Below, one piece after another: positions 42,544-55,864 of a stretch of 64,000 nt of DNA (within the stretch, counting starts at the first letter, position 1; each line of letters begins with the position of its first letter). Both the position numbers and the translations under genes were made by a program. Source of the DNA: an uncultured Alphaproteobacteria bacterium (lineage in GTDB: Bacteria; Pseudomonadota; Alphaproteobacteria; Rhodobacterales; Rhodobacteraceae); assembly GCA_963700485.1 (NCBI GenBank), contig CAVOXQ010000012.1:10684-74683 (forward strand). Reading direction: 5' to 3'. The notes under the pieces are model-generated. The model was not told where the DNA came from. It worked only from the letters and a program-made list of their open reading frames with translations, and searched no databases.

Positions 42544-43536
42544 CTACTTGCAGCGCCGCGTCCGTGATCGCGCTGGTCCAGGCGCCCTTCCGGCGCCTTG
42601 GTGATCACCGGGTCCGACCCGCCCGCCAGCAGCGACGTCGACCGTGCGCTCTGCCGTCGGCCACGTCCAGCGCGCCGTTCGAGCCTGCGGTCAGCTTGGC
42701 AACCTCGCCCATCATCCGCTTCTGGTGGTTCTCGGTCTGCGCGCCGGTCTGGTCATTCTCCAGCACGATCATCGCGGCTTCTTCCGGGTTCGCCTCGGCG
42801 TACTTCCAGCCCTTCATCGACGGCGCGCACAAAGCGCACCATCTTGTCGGCAAAGGCCGGGTCGGCCAGCTTGTCTTCCAGCACGTACAGACCGTCCTCC
42901 AGCGTCGGCGACGCCCTGGTCTTCGTACTTGAAGGTCACCAGCTGCTCGGGCGTGATGCCAGCGTCGATCACCTGCCAGTATTCGTTGTAGGTCATGGTC
43001 GAGATGCAGGCCGCCTGCTTTTGCAGCAAGCGGATCGACGTTGAAGCCCTGCTTCAGCACCGTCACGCCACCGGCGCTGCCGTCGGTCGGCAGGCCAAGC
43101 TTCGCCATCCAGGACAGGAACGGATATTCGTTCCCGAAGAACCACACGCCCAGCGTCTTGCCGGGGAAATCGGCCGGCGTCGTCGATGCCCGGTCTCGGC
43201 CAGGCAGGTCAGCATCATGCCCGAGGATGCTTGAAGGGCTGCGCGATGTTGACCAGCGGCAGGCCCTTTTCGCGCGCGGCCAGCGCCGCCGGCATCCAGT
43301 CGATCACCACGTCGGCGCCGCCGCCCGCGATCACCTGCGTCGGCGCGATGTCCGGACCGCCCGGCAGGATGGTGACGTTCAGGCCCTCCTCGTCGTAGAA
43401 GCCCTTGGCCTGGGCCACGTAATAGCCCGCGAACTGGGCCTGCGTGACCCATTTCAGTTGCAGCGTCACGTCCTCGCGCCTGGGCGCCGCGTGCGCAAGC
43501 GCCGCCAGGAAAGCAGCCGTCATCAGTTTTCTTCAT
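42544..43536 (-). CDS. ABC transporter substrate-binding protein (NMT1/THI5-like, pyrimidine uptake), frameshifted
   Basis: VTLQLKWVTQAQFAGYYVA, WFFGNEYPF, CISTMTYNEYWQ. Confidence 0.85.
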
Positions 43537-43576
43537 CGTCACCTCCCGTGTTGAGCCCGTCTTGCGCGGCCTTTGG

Positions 43577-44430
43577 TTAATGCCCGTTGCGACGGGTGCC
43601 AGAACGTCACCCGCCGTTCGATCAGCGAAACCAGCCCGTAAAAGGCCGACCCCGCCAGCGCCGCGACCGCAATCTCCGCCCAGACCATGTCAAGGCCAAG
43701 CCGCCCCACCTCGGTCGAGATGCGGAAGCCCATGCCGACAGGTCGGACTGCCGAAAAACTCGGCAACGATGGCCCCGATCAGGGCCAGCGTCGATGCAAT
43801 CTTAAGCCCGTTGAAGACGAACGGCATCGCCGCCGGCAGCCGCAGTTTCAGCAGAGTCTGCCAGTAGCCCGCCCCCCAGGTCGCCATCAGGTCGCGTTGC
43901 ATCCGGTCGCTGGCCTGCAGCCCCGCGACCGTGTTCACCAGGACCGGGAAGAACACCATCACCACGACCACCGCCGCCTTCGACTGCCAGTCGAAGCCGA
44001 ACCACATGACCAGGATCGGCGCGATCCCCACGATCGGCAGCGCGGCGACGAAGTTGCCGACGGGCAGCAGCCCGCGCTGTCAGGAAGGGCGACCGGTCGA
44101 TCGCGATGGCCACGACCACGGCCGCCCCGCACCCGATCAGCATAGCCCGACAGCGCACCCTTCACGAACGGTCTGCACGAAGTCCGGCCCAAAGCGTCGG
44201 CAGGTTGCACAGCGATGGTCGCCGCGATCGCCTCGGCGGCGGCAGGATCACCGCGGGCACCTCCAGCCCCCGCACCAGCCCCTCCCAGACCACCAGGATC
44301 GTCACGCCGAACAGGATCCGGCACGAGCAGCCGCCCCGCCCTGGTCCGCGGCCAGCCGCTGCCGCGAGCCGGACGTTCAGCGCCCAGGCCGCCAGCCAGA
44401 AGACCAGGCGTGCCCAGCAACCCAGATCAT
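43577..44430 (-). CDS. ABC transporter permease, frameshifted
   Basis: GIAPILVMWFGFDWQSK, ALIGAIVAEFFGSP. Confidence 0.82.
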
Positions 44431-45300
44431 GCCGGCACCCCCATGCGCGCCGGCAGGCTGCTCCGCTCGATCGCGCCGACGACCACGATCAAGAGCCCCG
44501 CGGCGACGATCGCCGCCATGAACAGCGCCGCCCACATGATGCAGCGGCTGCCGAACTAGCTGCCCGATCAGCATCCGCGCGCCCAGGCCCTCCACCGCCC
44601 CGGTCGGCAGCTCGCCCACGATGGCGCCGACCAGCGCGGCCGCGATGGCCACCTTCAGCGAGGCGAAGAGATACGGGAGTCGAGGCCGGGCATCCGCAGC
44701 TTCCAGAAGGTCTGCCCGCCGGATGCGTTGTAGGTCTGCAGCAGGTCCAGCTGCATCGCGTCGGGGCTGCGCAGCCCCTTCACCATGCCGACGAGCACGG
44801 GGAAGAACTCAGGTAGGCCGCGATGATCGCCTTCGGGCATGTCGAGCCCCTGCATCCCCAACCGAGCTCAGACACCACCATGATCATCGGCGCGAGCGCC
44901 ACGATGGGAATGGTCTGGCTGATGATCGCCCAGGGCATCACGCTCAGGTCCATCACCCGGAACCGTGCACGATGCCCATGGCCAGCACGACGCCCAACGA
45001 CGATGCCGAGCGCAAAGCCCATCAGCGTGCGCCTACAGCGTGACCCAGCCGTGGTAGACGAGGCTCCGCTTCGAGGTCACGGCCTGCCCGTAAAGCCCTT
45101 CCACAAGCTCCGCCGCCACCTGATGCGGCGGCGGCAGCATCGGGCGCTCGTGGCTCATCGTCTGCGGACGATCTGCGAAAACGTCACCGTCTCGCCCGGC
45201 CCGCGCCGCCTGGTCGACGACCCAGGTGTTCATCCAGACCGAGCCGCGTACCAGATCACGACGATCGCGCAAAGGACGGTCAGGATGGGAAGCGGTTCAT
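44427..45300 (-). CDS. ABC transporter permease, frameshifted
   Basis: SQTIPIVALAPMI, FFPVLVGMVKGLRSP, LVGAIVGELPTG. Confidence 0.8.
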
Positions 45301-45653
45301 CCCCCGCCCCGCACGGGTCAGGATCAGCGCGAGCCGCCATGCGCCCACGCCCCCGCAAGCCGGGTGAGGTGGAGCGCTCTCCGTGCGGCGATTGCCACGA
45401 CGATATGCCATCGGCAGTTGGAGCACGGCCGTGCCGAGACCCGATCGCCATCCGCGCCGCGCGGATCGCCGCAGCGCATCGACCAGGTTCCCCGCGTGAC
45501 CGCCACGCGCCGACAGAACCAGCAGCGCGGGCAGTCCGCCCGGCGCAGCCCGGCTGGCGCGACGAACACGCCGTCGCCGCGCCAGCCAAGGCAGGACCCG
45601 TCATGCGACCCTGCTGGACAGGTCCATACGGATCAGACGACGCAGACCGTCAT
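45297..45653 (-). CDS. Small membrane protein, frameshifted
   Basis: Hydrophobic fragments between the ATPase and permease genes, with coupled start and stop. Confidence 0.35.
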
Positions 45654-45654
45654 C

Positions 45655-46443
45655 TCATGCATGCCCGCCCGCAGCCCCTCCCGCACCCGGTGCGCGATCT
45701 CGAGGAACTCCGGCTGTCGCGGATGTCGAGCGGGCGTTCCTTCGGCAGCGGGCTCTCGATCACGTCGGTGATCCGCCCCGGCCGCGGGCTCATCACCACG
45801 ATCTTGGTCGACAGATACACCGCCTCGGGGATCGAGTGCGTCACGAAGCCGATGGTCTTGCCCGTCCGCGCCCAAAGCTTCAGCAACTCCTCGTTCAGAC
45901 GGTCCCGCACGATCTCGTCCAGCGCGCCAAAGGGTTCGTCCATCAAGAGGATGTCGGCATCGAACGCCAGCGCCCGCGCGATGCTCGCCCGCTGCTGCAT
46001 GCCCGCCCGACAACTGCCAGGGAAACTTCGTGCCGAACCCCGTCAAGCTCCACGAGCTCCAGCACTTGTTCGACACGGTCTGTCCTGTCTCGGCCTTGGA
46101 AAACCCCATGATCTCCAGCGGCAAGCGCACGTTTCCGGCAATCGTCCGCCACGGATAAAGCCCCGCCGCCTGGAACACATAGCCATAGGCCCGCGTGCGC
46201 CGCGCCTCGTCCGGCGCTCATCCCGTTGACCGTCAGCGTGCCCTCCGTCGGCATCTCGAGCGCCGCGATCGCCCGCAGGAACGTCGTCTTGCCGCAACCC
46301 GACGGGCCCGATGAACGACACGAACTCGCCCTTCGCGATGGCCAGGTTCACGTCCTTCAGCGCATGCACCGGCCCGTCGTTCGTCTGGAAGATCAGCCCC
46401 AGCCCCGCGCCTCGATCACGGGCTCCGCCCCGGTGTCCTTCAT
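45655..46443 (-). CDS. ABC transporter ATP-binding protein, frameshifted
   Basis: FVSFIGP.GCGKT, PWQLSGG, LLMDEPFGALD, FVTHS. Confidence 0.88.
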
Positions 46444-46467
46444 CGCCCGATGCCCCCGTGCGGCCCG

Positions 46468-47182
46468 TCATACCGACCTCGTGATCCCACCGTCGACGCG
46501 GATGTTCTGCCCGGTGATGTATCCCGCGCCGTCCGAGGCGAGGAACAGGACTGTCTGCGCGATCTCTGCCTCCGTCCCATAGCGCTTCATCGGCACACTG
46601 CGGCCCGCGCCTCGGTCTGGGGCAGGCTGTCGATCCAGCCGGGCAGGATGTTGTTCATCCGGATGTTCTCCGCCGCGTAGCGATCGGCGAACAGCTTCGT
46701 GAACGCCGCCAGCCCCGCCCTTGCGACGGCCGAGGTCGGAAACATTTCCGACGGCTCCATGGCCCATGCGGTCGAGATGTTGACGATCGCCCCGCCCCCT
46801 CCGGCCTGCATGATCGGGGTGACAAGCCGCGTCGGTCGCACGACGTTCAGGAGATAGACATCAATGCCGCGATGCCAGTCCTCGTCGCTGATCTCGAGGA
46901 TCGGCGCGCGCGGCCCGTGGCCCGCGCTGTTCACCAGCACGTCGATCCGGCCCCATCGCGCCATCGCAAGATCGACCAGTCGTTGCAGGTCGTCGGTCGA
47001 CTGGTTCGATCCGGTCACCCCGACACCGCCAAGTTCGGCCCCAAGCGCCTCGCCCTTGCCCGACGAAGACAATATGCCCACGCCGTAGCCCGCGCCCGCG
47101 AGCGCCCGCGCCGCGGCCGCCCCCATTCCGCTGCCCCCGGCGGTGACGAGCGCCACCTTGCGATGCCCGTCTTCCAAACCGC

Positions 47183-47186
<4 letters not shown>
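46468..47186 (-). CDS. Short-chain dehydrogenase/reductase, one frameshift near 46600
   Basis: VALVTAGGSGMG, LVNSAG, GQNIRVDGG. Confidence 0.85.
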
Positions 47187-48642
<1,456 letters not shown>

Positions 48643-48935
48643 TGGCCGACTCCCTGTCTGTTCTCGGTGCGCCCCAAAGTTGTGCGCCCCGAAGTTGCAT
48701 GTCGATCGAGGCCCGGGACTTTACGCAGCCGCGCATGAACTGCGGCCCGTCCGGACCATCGGGGCGTCCGGGCGACGTGTGCGGCAGCAGATTGCACAGG
48801 TCGGGGTGGTACCAGCGCAGATCGTGCCCGCTGGACTGCCGATGCCCCCTGAATGCGGCGCGGATCGCCTTGGCGCCAGCCAGCAGCACCGGATGATCCA
48901 TCGCGTCAAGATCGCCGTCGGGATCGTGCATCGGG

Positions 48936-50189
48936 CTACCCCACCACCCCCGCCGTCTCTAGCACGGCATGCAGCAGCACGTCCGTTCCCGCCGCCGCCC
49001 ATTCCGGCGAAATCTCCTCGGCCTCGTTATGCGAAAGCCCGCCCACGCAGGGGCACATGATCATCACCGTCGGCGCCACCCGGTTGATCCAGCAGGCGTC
49101 GTGCCCGGCGCCCGAGACGATGTCCATGTGGGAATAACCCAGCCGCTCCGCCGCCGCCCGCACGGTCTTCACGAGGCCCGGATCGAAGGTCACCGGGTCG
49201 AAATGCCCGACCGGTTCGATGGATATCCCAAGGCCGAGTTCCGCAGCCACCGCTGCGGCCGCGCGTTCGACCTCGCCCCGCATCATGTCCAGCTTGGCCT
49301 GCTCGGGCGCTGCGGATATCGACCGTGAACACCACCTTGCCGGGGATCACGTTGCGCGAGTTGGGAAAGACGAAGACCTGCCCCACCGCGCCGACGGCGT
49401 TCGGCTGGTGGCTCATCGCGATCTGGTGGACGCGCTCGGTGATCCGCGCCATCCCGAGGCCCGGCATTGACCCGCATCGCCATCGGCGTCGATCCGGTAT
49501 GGGCATCCTTGCCGGTCAGCGTGATTTCCAGCCACCACAGGCCCTGCCCGTGGGTGACAACGCCGATCTCCTTGCCCTCGGCCTCCAGGATCGGGCCCTG
49601 CTCGATGTGCAACTCCAGCATCGCGTGCATCTTGCGCGCACCGACCTTTTCCTCGCCCACCCAGCCGATCCGCTTCAACTCGTCGCCGAACCGCTTGCCC
49701 TCGGGGTCGGTGCGGCCATAGGCATAGTCCTGCGTGTGAATGCCCGCGAAGACGCCCGAGGCCAGCATCGCCGGTGCAAACCGCGCGCCCTCCTCGTTCG
49801 TCCAGTTCGTGACCACGACCGGATGTTTCGTGCGGATGCCAAGATCGTTCATCGAGCGCACCACCTCGAGCGCGCCCAGAACCCCCAGCACCCCGTCATA
49901 CTTGCCGCCCGTCGGCTGGGTGTCGAGGTGCGAGCCCATGTAGACCGGCAGTGCATCCGGATCTTCGCCCGCCCGCGTGGCGAACATCGTGCCCATGGTG
50001 TCGACGCCCATCGTCATCCCGGCCGCCTCGCACCAGCGTCTGGAAGAGGCGTCGACCATCGGCGTCGGCGTCGGTCAGGGTCTGGCGGTTGTTGCCGCCC
50101 GCCACGCCCGGCCCGATCTTCGCCATCTCCATCAGGCTGTCCCACAGTCGCGCGCCGTTGATGCGCAGGTTCGCCCCTGGTGCCGCCAT
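48936..50189 (-). CDS. Zn-dependent amidohydrolase (beta-ureidopropionase, M20 family), frameshifted
   Basis: GSHLDTQPTGGKYDG, NEEGARF, ELHIEQGP, SGAGHDA, GLSHNEAE. Confidence 0.9.
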
Positions 50190-50243
50190 CGAAATCCCCC
50201 TGTCGGACCCGGCCGGTGTCGTGCCCCGCCGGACGCGCCATTC

Positions 50244-50259
50244 CTGACCGGTTGGTCAA
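50244..50259. promoter_or_regulatory. RutR/PydR operator CTGACCGGTTGGTCAA
   Basis: Matches TTGACC-N4-GGTCAA, upstream of the amidohydrolase-hydA-ABC operon. Confidence 0.7.
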
Positions 50260-50417
50260 ACCGAAGGCAGCACACCGCAACCGGGGGGTCAACGGAAAAC
50301 TGGCGCCCGGGGCGCGGCGCCTGCGCCACTGCCCGTTGCCCGGGCACCGCGCGTCCTGCTTCCCCCGCGCCCGACGCTCTGCTACCCCTGCCGCAGCGGC
50401 GGACAGCGGAGGCGGCC

Positions 50418-50873
50418 ATGGAAATCGACATCCTCGAACGCGAGCAGGCCCGTCTTGTGCTGCCGCGCTTTCGCGAGGACGAGGCACTGGCGCTGGGCGA
50501 AATCCTGATGGCCCTTGCGCGGGCGGAAAGCCTGCCGGTGGTCATCGACATCCGCACCCCCGACCGGACGTTGTTTCACGCGGCCCTGCCCGGGGCTGCC
50601 CCGCTCAACGACCTCTGGGCGCTTCGCAAGAGCAATACCGCGCTGCTGTTTCAGACGGCCTCGCTGCTTGTGGGCACCCGCAACCGCGCCAGGTCGGAAA
50701 CGCTTGCCCGCCACGGGCTCGACAGCGCCACCCATGCCGACCATGGCGGGGCGGTGCCGATCCGGGTGCGGGATGTGGGGGTGGTGGCGGTCGTCACCGT
50801 CTCGGGTCTGCCCCAGATCGAGGATCACAAGCTTGCGGTCCGCGCCCTCGACGCGCTTATCGCGAGGTTCTGA
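50418..50873 (+). CDS. Heme-degrading-domain (UPF0303/GlcG-like) protein
   Basis: ND.WA.RK.NT, HGG.VPI, TVSGLPQ.EDH. Confidence 0.82.
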   Translation: MEIDILEREQARLVLPRFREDEALALGEILMALARAESLPVVIDIRTPDRTLFHAALPGAAPLNDLWALRKSNTALLFQTASLLVGTRNRARSETLARHGLDSATHADHGGAVPIRVRDVGVVAVVTVSGLPQIEDHKLAVRALDALIARF

Positions 50874-50894
50874 CCGGGCAAGCCGCCGGGCATC

Positions 50895-52680
50895 TCAATC
50901 CTCGAGCCCCGCCAGTTCCAACCCCTTGACCAGCATTGCGGTATCGGCCGGATCGCGGAACGGCAGCCGGCGGAAATGCCCGACCGCCGAATACCTCGGA
51001 TTTCAGCGCCTTGACCTCGGCCCAGACGTCTCGGGCCTCGTCGATCCGGCCCAGGTGGCCCAGCGCACTCGCCAGAAGCCCGCGCGACAGGTCGGTCCCC
51101 GGAGCAAGCCCGATCCGTTCGCGCAACCGCTCTACCGCCAGATCGAAGCGCCGCGACTGCATGTGGCAGAGCCCCATGAAATGCAGGTAGAGATTGGCAA
51201 ACACCGGATCGAGCCGCATCGCCCGCTCCAGCAGCGGCACCGCCGCCGCGCCGCGCCCCATGAACGTCTCGAGGTTGCCGAGCGTCGCATAGCCTTGCGC
51301 GAAATTCGGGTTAAGCGCCACCGCCTGCATCGATTGCGGCCGGGCCGCATCCAGGTCGCGCCTGTAGGTCAGCGCGGTCGCGAGCGCATTGCGCGCGGCG
51401 GGTTCGTTCGGGTCTTTCTCCACCGCGATCTGCGCGAAGTGCACGGCCAGTCCCAGCGGGTCGGAAACCCCCGTCCAGGTGTTGCTGTATTCGACCATGT
51501 AGGTCATCGCCAGGTAGGCATAGGCCTCGGAATACTCTGGGTCGAGCTCGATCGCGCGCTCGATCAGCGCGATGATCCTTTCCACTGCGGCTGCCCCGCC
51601 GCTGCCCGAGGTCCGCAGAAGTTCAGCCGAAATCTCGCGGCCACGCAAGATGCAGTCATGCGCCTCAAGGTTCTTCGTGCCGCCACCCATCACCCGCGCC
51701 CGTTCGGCAGGCTTCAGCGTGACCTTGAGGGCGCCGACGATATGCAGCGTCACCTCGTCCTGAACGGCGAAGATATCGGTCAGGTCGCGGTCGAAGCGCT
51801 CGGCCCACAGATGCCCGCCGGTGCGCGAATCGATGAGCTGCGCCGTGATCCGCACCCGATTTCCGGCCCGCCGGATCGAGCCTTCCAGAACCGAGCTGAC
51901 CCCAAGTTCGCGGCCGACCACCCGGATGTCATTCGTCCGTCCCTTGTAGGCAAAGCTGGAATTGCGCGCGACCACCATGAGCCCCGCCACTTTGGACAGG
52001 TCGGTGATGATATCCTCGCTGATCCCGTCCGAGAAGTATTCCTGCTCGGGATCGTTCGACATGTTGGTAAAGGGCAGCACCGCGATCGAAGGCAATTCCT
52101 CGACCTGCGGCACCGGCAGCGGCGACGGATCCGCCACGACCACGGGCGCCGGCGCCTCGCCGCCCCAGCGCCAGACGCGCACCGGGGCCGCGATGTTCTT
52201 CAGCGCGATCTCGCCGGCGTCGGCGAATGTCACGCCCACCTTGCCGCGCACCTGCGCATGCACCGCGTCCGACACCAGAAGGCCGTTCTTGGGGGCCTGC
52301 GCCTCAAGCCGCGCGGCCACGTTGACCCCATCGCCCAGGATGTCGTCGCCCTCGATCACGATGTCGCCCAGGTTCACCCCGATGCGGAACTCGATCGCCG
52401 GACCTTCGGCCTCGGCGTTGCGCTCAGCCATCGCCGACTGCACGGCCACCGCGCATTCCACCGCATCGACCGCACTGCCGAACTCGACCAGCGCGCCGTC
52501 CCCCATCATCTTCACGATCCGCCCGCCATGCACAGCGACGCAAGGATTGAACCGGTCAGCCCAGACCGCGCGCAGCGCGCCCAGGGTTCCGGCCTCGTCG
52601 GCCCCCATCAGGCGCGAATACCCCACCACATCGGCCGCGAGGATCGCCGCGAGACGGCGCTGAAGTCTGGGCGTGCTCAT
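50895..52680 (-). CDS. Class III adenylate/guanylate cyclase with TolB-N-like and TPR domains; frameshift near the C-terminus
   Basis: AADVVGYS, KMMGDG, GDGVNVAARLE, SIAVLPFTNMS.DPEQEYF, TPR repeats. Confidence 0.88.
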
Positions 52681-53090
52681 GGCTCGGCCGGCATCTTTCT
52701 GTCCTGGCAGCGACTGCGGCAGGCGGATCGCCCCGCGCGCTCTTGCCCTTGCGAGCAACATAGGGCCGCGCGCGCCCGATTGCCACAGGTCAGCGGCCGA
52801 TCAGGCACCCGCACGCAAGCACCCGCGCGCGCGATGCCGGAGGCGGGTCCGGGCGGGGTGGCATTCCGGCGCCACCCGCGCCGGCGGCGGGTCGCAAAGC
52901 TGTCGAGCGGCGAACAAGGCGCGGCCTGAACGAAGCGCGGCATGGTCCCGCCTGCCGCCGCCAACACGTCACGTCGCGATTGCCACGCGACCAGCGCCGC
53001 CTTGGATGTCTCGAGGCTGCACCCCAGCCACCCCGGGACAGGCACAATCGCGCGCAAGGCATTCATGGCGGGCGGTGCGGCGCCTGGCCG

Positions 53091-53375
53091 TCATTTCAAC
53101 TCGAGTTCGACGAAACTCATCGGCACATCGCCATCGTTGATGACGTTGTGCTCTACCCCCACGTCACGGCGATAGCAGGTGCCGGCAGGGATCACGACGC
53201 GGCGCGAGGTGCCGCCCGGCTCCTCCAGCAGCATCGGGCAGGCGGTAAGAGTCGTGATGACATAGTCATGTCCGTGCCGGTGCCATCCGGTTTCCGCCCC
53301 CGGTGCGAAATCGAAGCGCGTCACACGCACGCGTTCGTCGTCAAGCATCACCGTCGCGGTACAGGGTCGGCGCAT
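53091..53375 (-). CDS. Cupin protein (BauB-like)
   Basis: TGWHRHGHDYV, GVEHNV.N; downstream of the omega-aminotransferase. Confidence 0.82.
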   Translation of the reverse strand: MRRPCTATVMLDDERVRVTRFDFAPGAETGWHRHGHDYVITTLTACPMLLEEPGGTSRRVVIPAGTCYRRDVGVEHNVINDGDVPMSFVELELK

Positions 53376-53480
53376 GGCAGGCTCCCAAAGGCTGAGATCA
53401 GGATCACGTTACCGGATCAATCGTTTCCAAACGACAGATTGCCATGCGAAACATGCCATGGCGCCTGCCGGTTGCCACCC

Positions 53481-54809
53481 CTAGTCCAGATCCTTCAGGA
53501 CGCCGGCCAGGGTTCCCACCAATTCGTCGATCTGACCCTTCGTGATGATCAGGGGCGGGCTCATCGCTATGATGTCCCCCGTTGTCCGGATCAGGATGCC
53601 CTTGTCATAGGCCTTCAGGAAGGCGCTGAACGCCCGTCTCGTCGGCTCGCCTGCGATCGGCTCCAGCTCCACCGCCCCGATCAACCCCATGTTGCGGATG
53701 TCGATCACATGGGGCAGCCCCTTCAGCGAATGCAGCGCCTCCTCCCAATATGGCGCGATCTCGGCCGCCCGCTCGAACAGCCCTTCTTCGCGATAGGTTT
53801 CCAGCGTGGCGATGCCCGCCGCGCTCGCGATCGGATTGCCCGAATAGGTATAGCCGTGAAACAGCTCGATCATATGCTCGGGCCCGGTCATGAAGGCGTC
53901 ATGGACCGCCCCCGTGGTCAGCACCGCCCCCATCGGGATCACCCCGTTGGTCAAACCCTTTGCCGTGGTCATCATGTCGGGCAGCACGTCGAAGTATTGT
54001 GCCGCGAACGGCGCGCCGAGCCGCCCGAATCCGGTAATGACTTCGTCGAAGATCAACAGGATTCCGTGCTTGCGGGTGATCGCCCTCAGCTTCTCCAGAT
54101 ATCCTTTCGGCGGCAGGATCACGCCGGTCGACCCCGCGACCGGCTCCACGATGACGGCGGCGATCGTCTCGGCGCCATGCAGCGCCACGATCCTCTCCAG
54201 ATCGTCGGCCAGGGTCGCGCCCTGTTCGGGCTGCCCTTTCGTATAGGCGTTCAGCGCCGGCAGATGCGTGTGGGGCAGATGGTCCACGCCCCCGAGCAGC
54301 GTCCCGAACATCTTGCGGTTGTTCACGATCCCGCCGACCGAAATGCCGCCGAAGTTGACCCCGTGATACCCCCGCTCGCGACCGATGAGACGGGTCCGCG
54401 CGCCCTCGCCCCGGGCCCGGTGGTAGGCGATCGCAAGCTTCAGCGCCGTCTCGACGCTTTCGCTGCCCGAGTTGGTGTAGAAGACATGCTCGATCCCCTT
54501 GGGAGCGATGTCGATGATCCGGTTGGCAAGCTCGAACGCCGCCGGGTGGCCCATCTGGAAGGCCGGCGCATAATCAAGCTCCGCAGCCTGGCGCTGGATC
54601 GCTTCGGTGATCTTGGGACGGCAATGCCCGGCATTGCAGCACCATAGCCCTGCCGTCCCGTCGAGAACCTGTCGCCCGTCGGAGGTGGTGTAGTGCATGT
54701 CCCTTGCCGCGACGAACATCCGCGGTGCCTTCTTGAACTGGCGGTTCGCGGTGAACGGCATCCAGAAGGCGTTAAGGTCGTTCGGGGTGGGCTTGCGGTC
54801 GAGCGCCAT
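53481..54809 (-). CDS. Omega-amino acid (beta-alanine)-pyruvate aminotransferase
   Basis: AFWMPFTANRQFK, LIFDEVITGFGRLG, TAKGLTNG (class III). Confidence 0.92.
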   Translation of the reverse strand: MALDRKPTPNDLNAFWMPFTANRQFKKAPRMFVAARDMHYTTSDGRQVLDGTAGLWCCNAGHCRPKITEAIQRQAAELDYAPAFQMGHPAAFELANRIIDIAPKGIEHVFYTNSGSESVETALKLAIAYHRARGEGARTRLIGRERGYHGVNFGGISVGGIVNNRKMFGTLLGGVDHLPHTHLPALNAYTKGQPEQGATLADDLERIVALHGAETIAAVIVEPVAGSTGVILPPKGYLEKLRAITRKHGILLIFDEVITGFGRLGAPFAAQYFDVLPDMMTTAKGLTNGVIPMGAVLTTGAVHDAFMTGPEHMIELFHGYTYSGNPIASAAGIATLETYREEGLFERAAEIAPYWEEALHSLKGLPHVIDIRNMGLIGAVELEPIAGEPTRRAFSAFLKAYDKGILIRTTGDIIAMSPPLIITKGQIDELVGTLAGVLKDLD

Positions 54810-54837
54810 GGTCTGTCCTTCGCGGGCAAGGTGAGGT

Positions 54838-54853
54838 TTGACCGAAAGGTCGG
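54838..54853. promoter_or_regulatory. RutR/PydR-like operator TTGACCGAAAGGTCGG
   Basis: Between the aminotransferase and the divergent regulator. Confidence 0.55.
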
Positions 54854-54976
54854 TTCCGGTCTAGCAAGGCGGAAGCAGCAACGCGGGACACGCTCCATGC
54901 CCCTTCCGGGTCGATCTCGGCAAATTACCGCTCGGACCGGGCGCTGGCAAGCGGGCGCAGCGGGGCCGGCGTGGCG

Positions 54977-55585
54977 ATGAGCCGGCCGCGCACCCGGATC
55001 CAGAAACGCAATTCAGAGGCGATCCTGGAGGCGGCGCTGGACGTGTTCTCGGCCCACGGTTTCCGGGGGGCGACGCTCGATCAGATCGCAGAGGTGGCGG
55101 GGCTGTCAAAGCCGAACCTGCTCTACTATTTCGCCTCGAAGGAGGCGATCCACATCGCGCTGCTGTCGCAGCTTCTGGTGGACTGGCTCGATCCGCTGCG
55201 GGCGATGGACCCGGCGGGCGATCCGGTGGAGGAGCTGATCGGCTATGTCCGTCGCAAGCTTGAGTTAAGTCGGGATTTTCCGCGCGAAAGCCGTCTGTTT
55301 GCAAACGAGATCCTTCAGGGCGCACCGCGGATGCAGGAGGTGATCGGCGGAGACCTGCGGGAACTGGTCGAGGAAAAGGCGGCCGTCCTGACAACCTGGA
55401 TGGAGCAAGGCAGAATAGCCCGGGTCCACCCGGTTCACCTGATCTTTTCGATCTGGGCCCTGACCCAGCACTATGCCGATTTCGACGTGCAGGTCCGGGC
55501 GGTTCTGGGACCGGAGGGGGGCGACCCCTATCCGGAGGCGGGGCAATACCTGGAAACGCTGTTTCGCAAGCTTCTGGCCGTCTGA
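54977..55585 (+). CDS. TetR family pyrimidine regulator (RutR/PydR)
   Basis: ATLDQIA..AGLSKPNLLYYF, SRLFANEI, IWALTQHYADF. Confidence 0.9.
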   Translation: MSRPRTRIQKRNSEAILEAALDVFSAHGFRGATLDQIAEVAGLSKPNLLYYFASKEAIHIALLSQLLVDWLDPLRAMDPAGDPVEELIGYVRRKLELSRDFPRESRLFANEILQGAPRMQEVIGGDLRELVEEKAAVLTTWMEQGRIARVHPVHLIFSIWALTQHYADFDVQVRAVLGPEGGDPYPEAGQYLETLFRKLLAV

Positions 55586-55864
55586 GATTGCGGATGGGCG
55601 GCAGATACGGCATGTAAACAACGTCCGCCAGATATCGGATAAACAATCATATTTCCATTTCTTGCAGGTCGGTCGAACGCTTCCCGCGGATGCCGCCGCC
55701 CGGGCAGCCGTGAGGGGGCCTATGCCGTTGCCTGCCGCGGGAAGGCGTCGGACCACGCCCGACCGTCACCCGGTGCATTCCCCTGCCTCGCCGGACCGGG
55801 CGGCAGATCACGTCGCCGCATCACAAAGCGTCAATGTGACATGCGGGCGGCGACGATGGTTGCC

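Noticed and set aside
48650-48935. Possible small gene between the amidohydrolase and hydA
   Set aside because: The reading frame is ambiguous in the error-rich zone and there is no recognisable motif.
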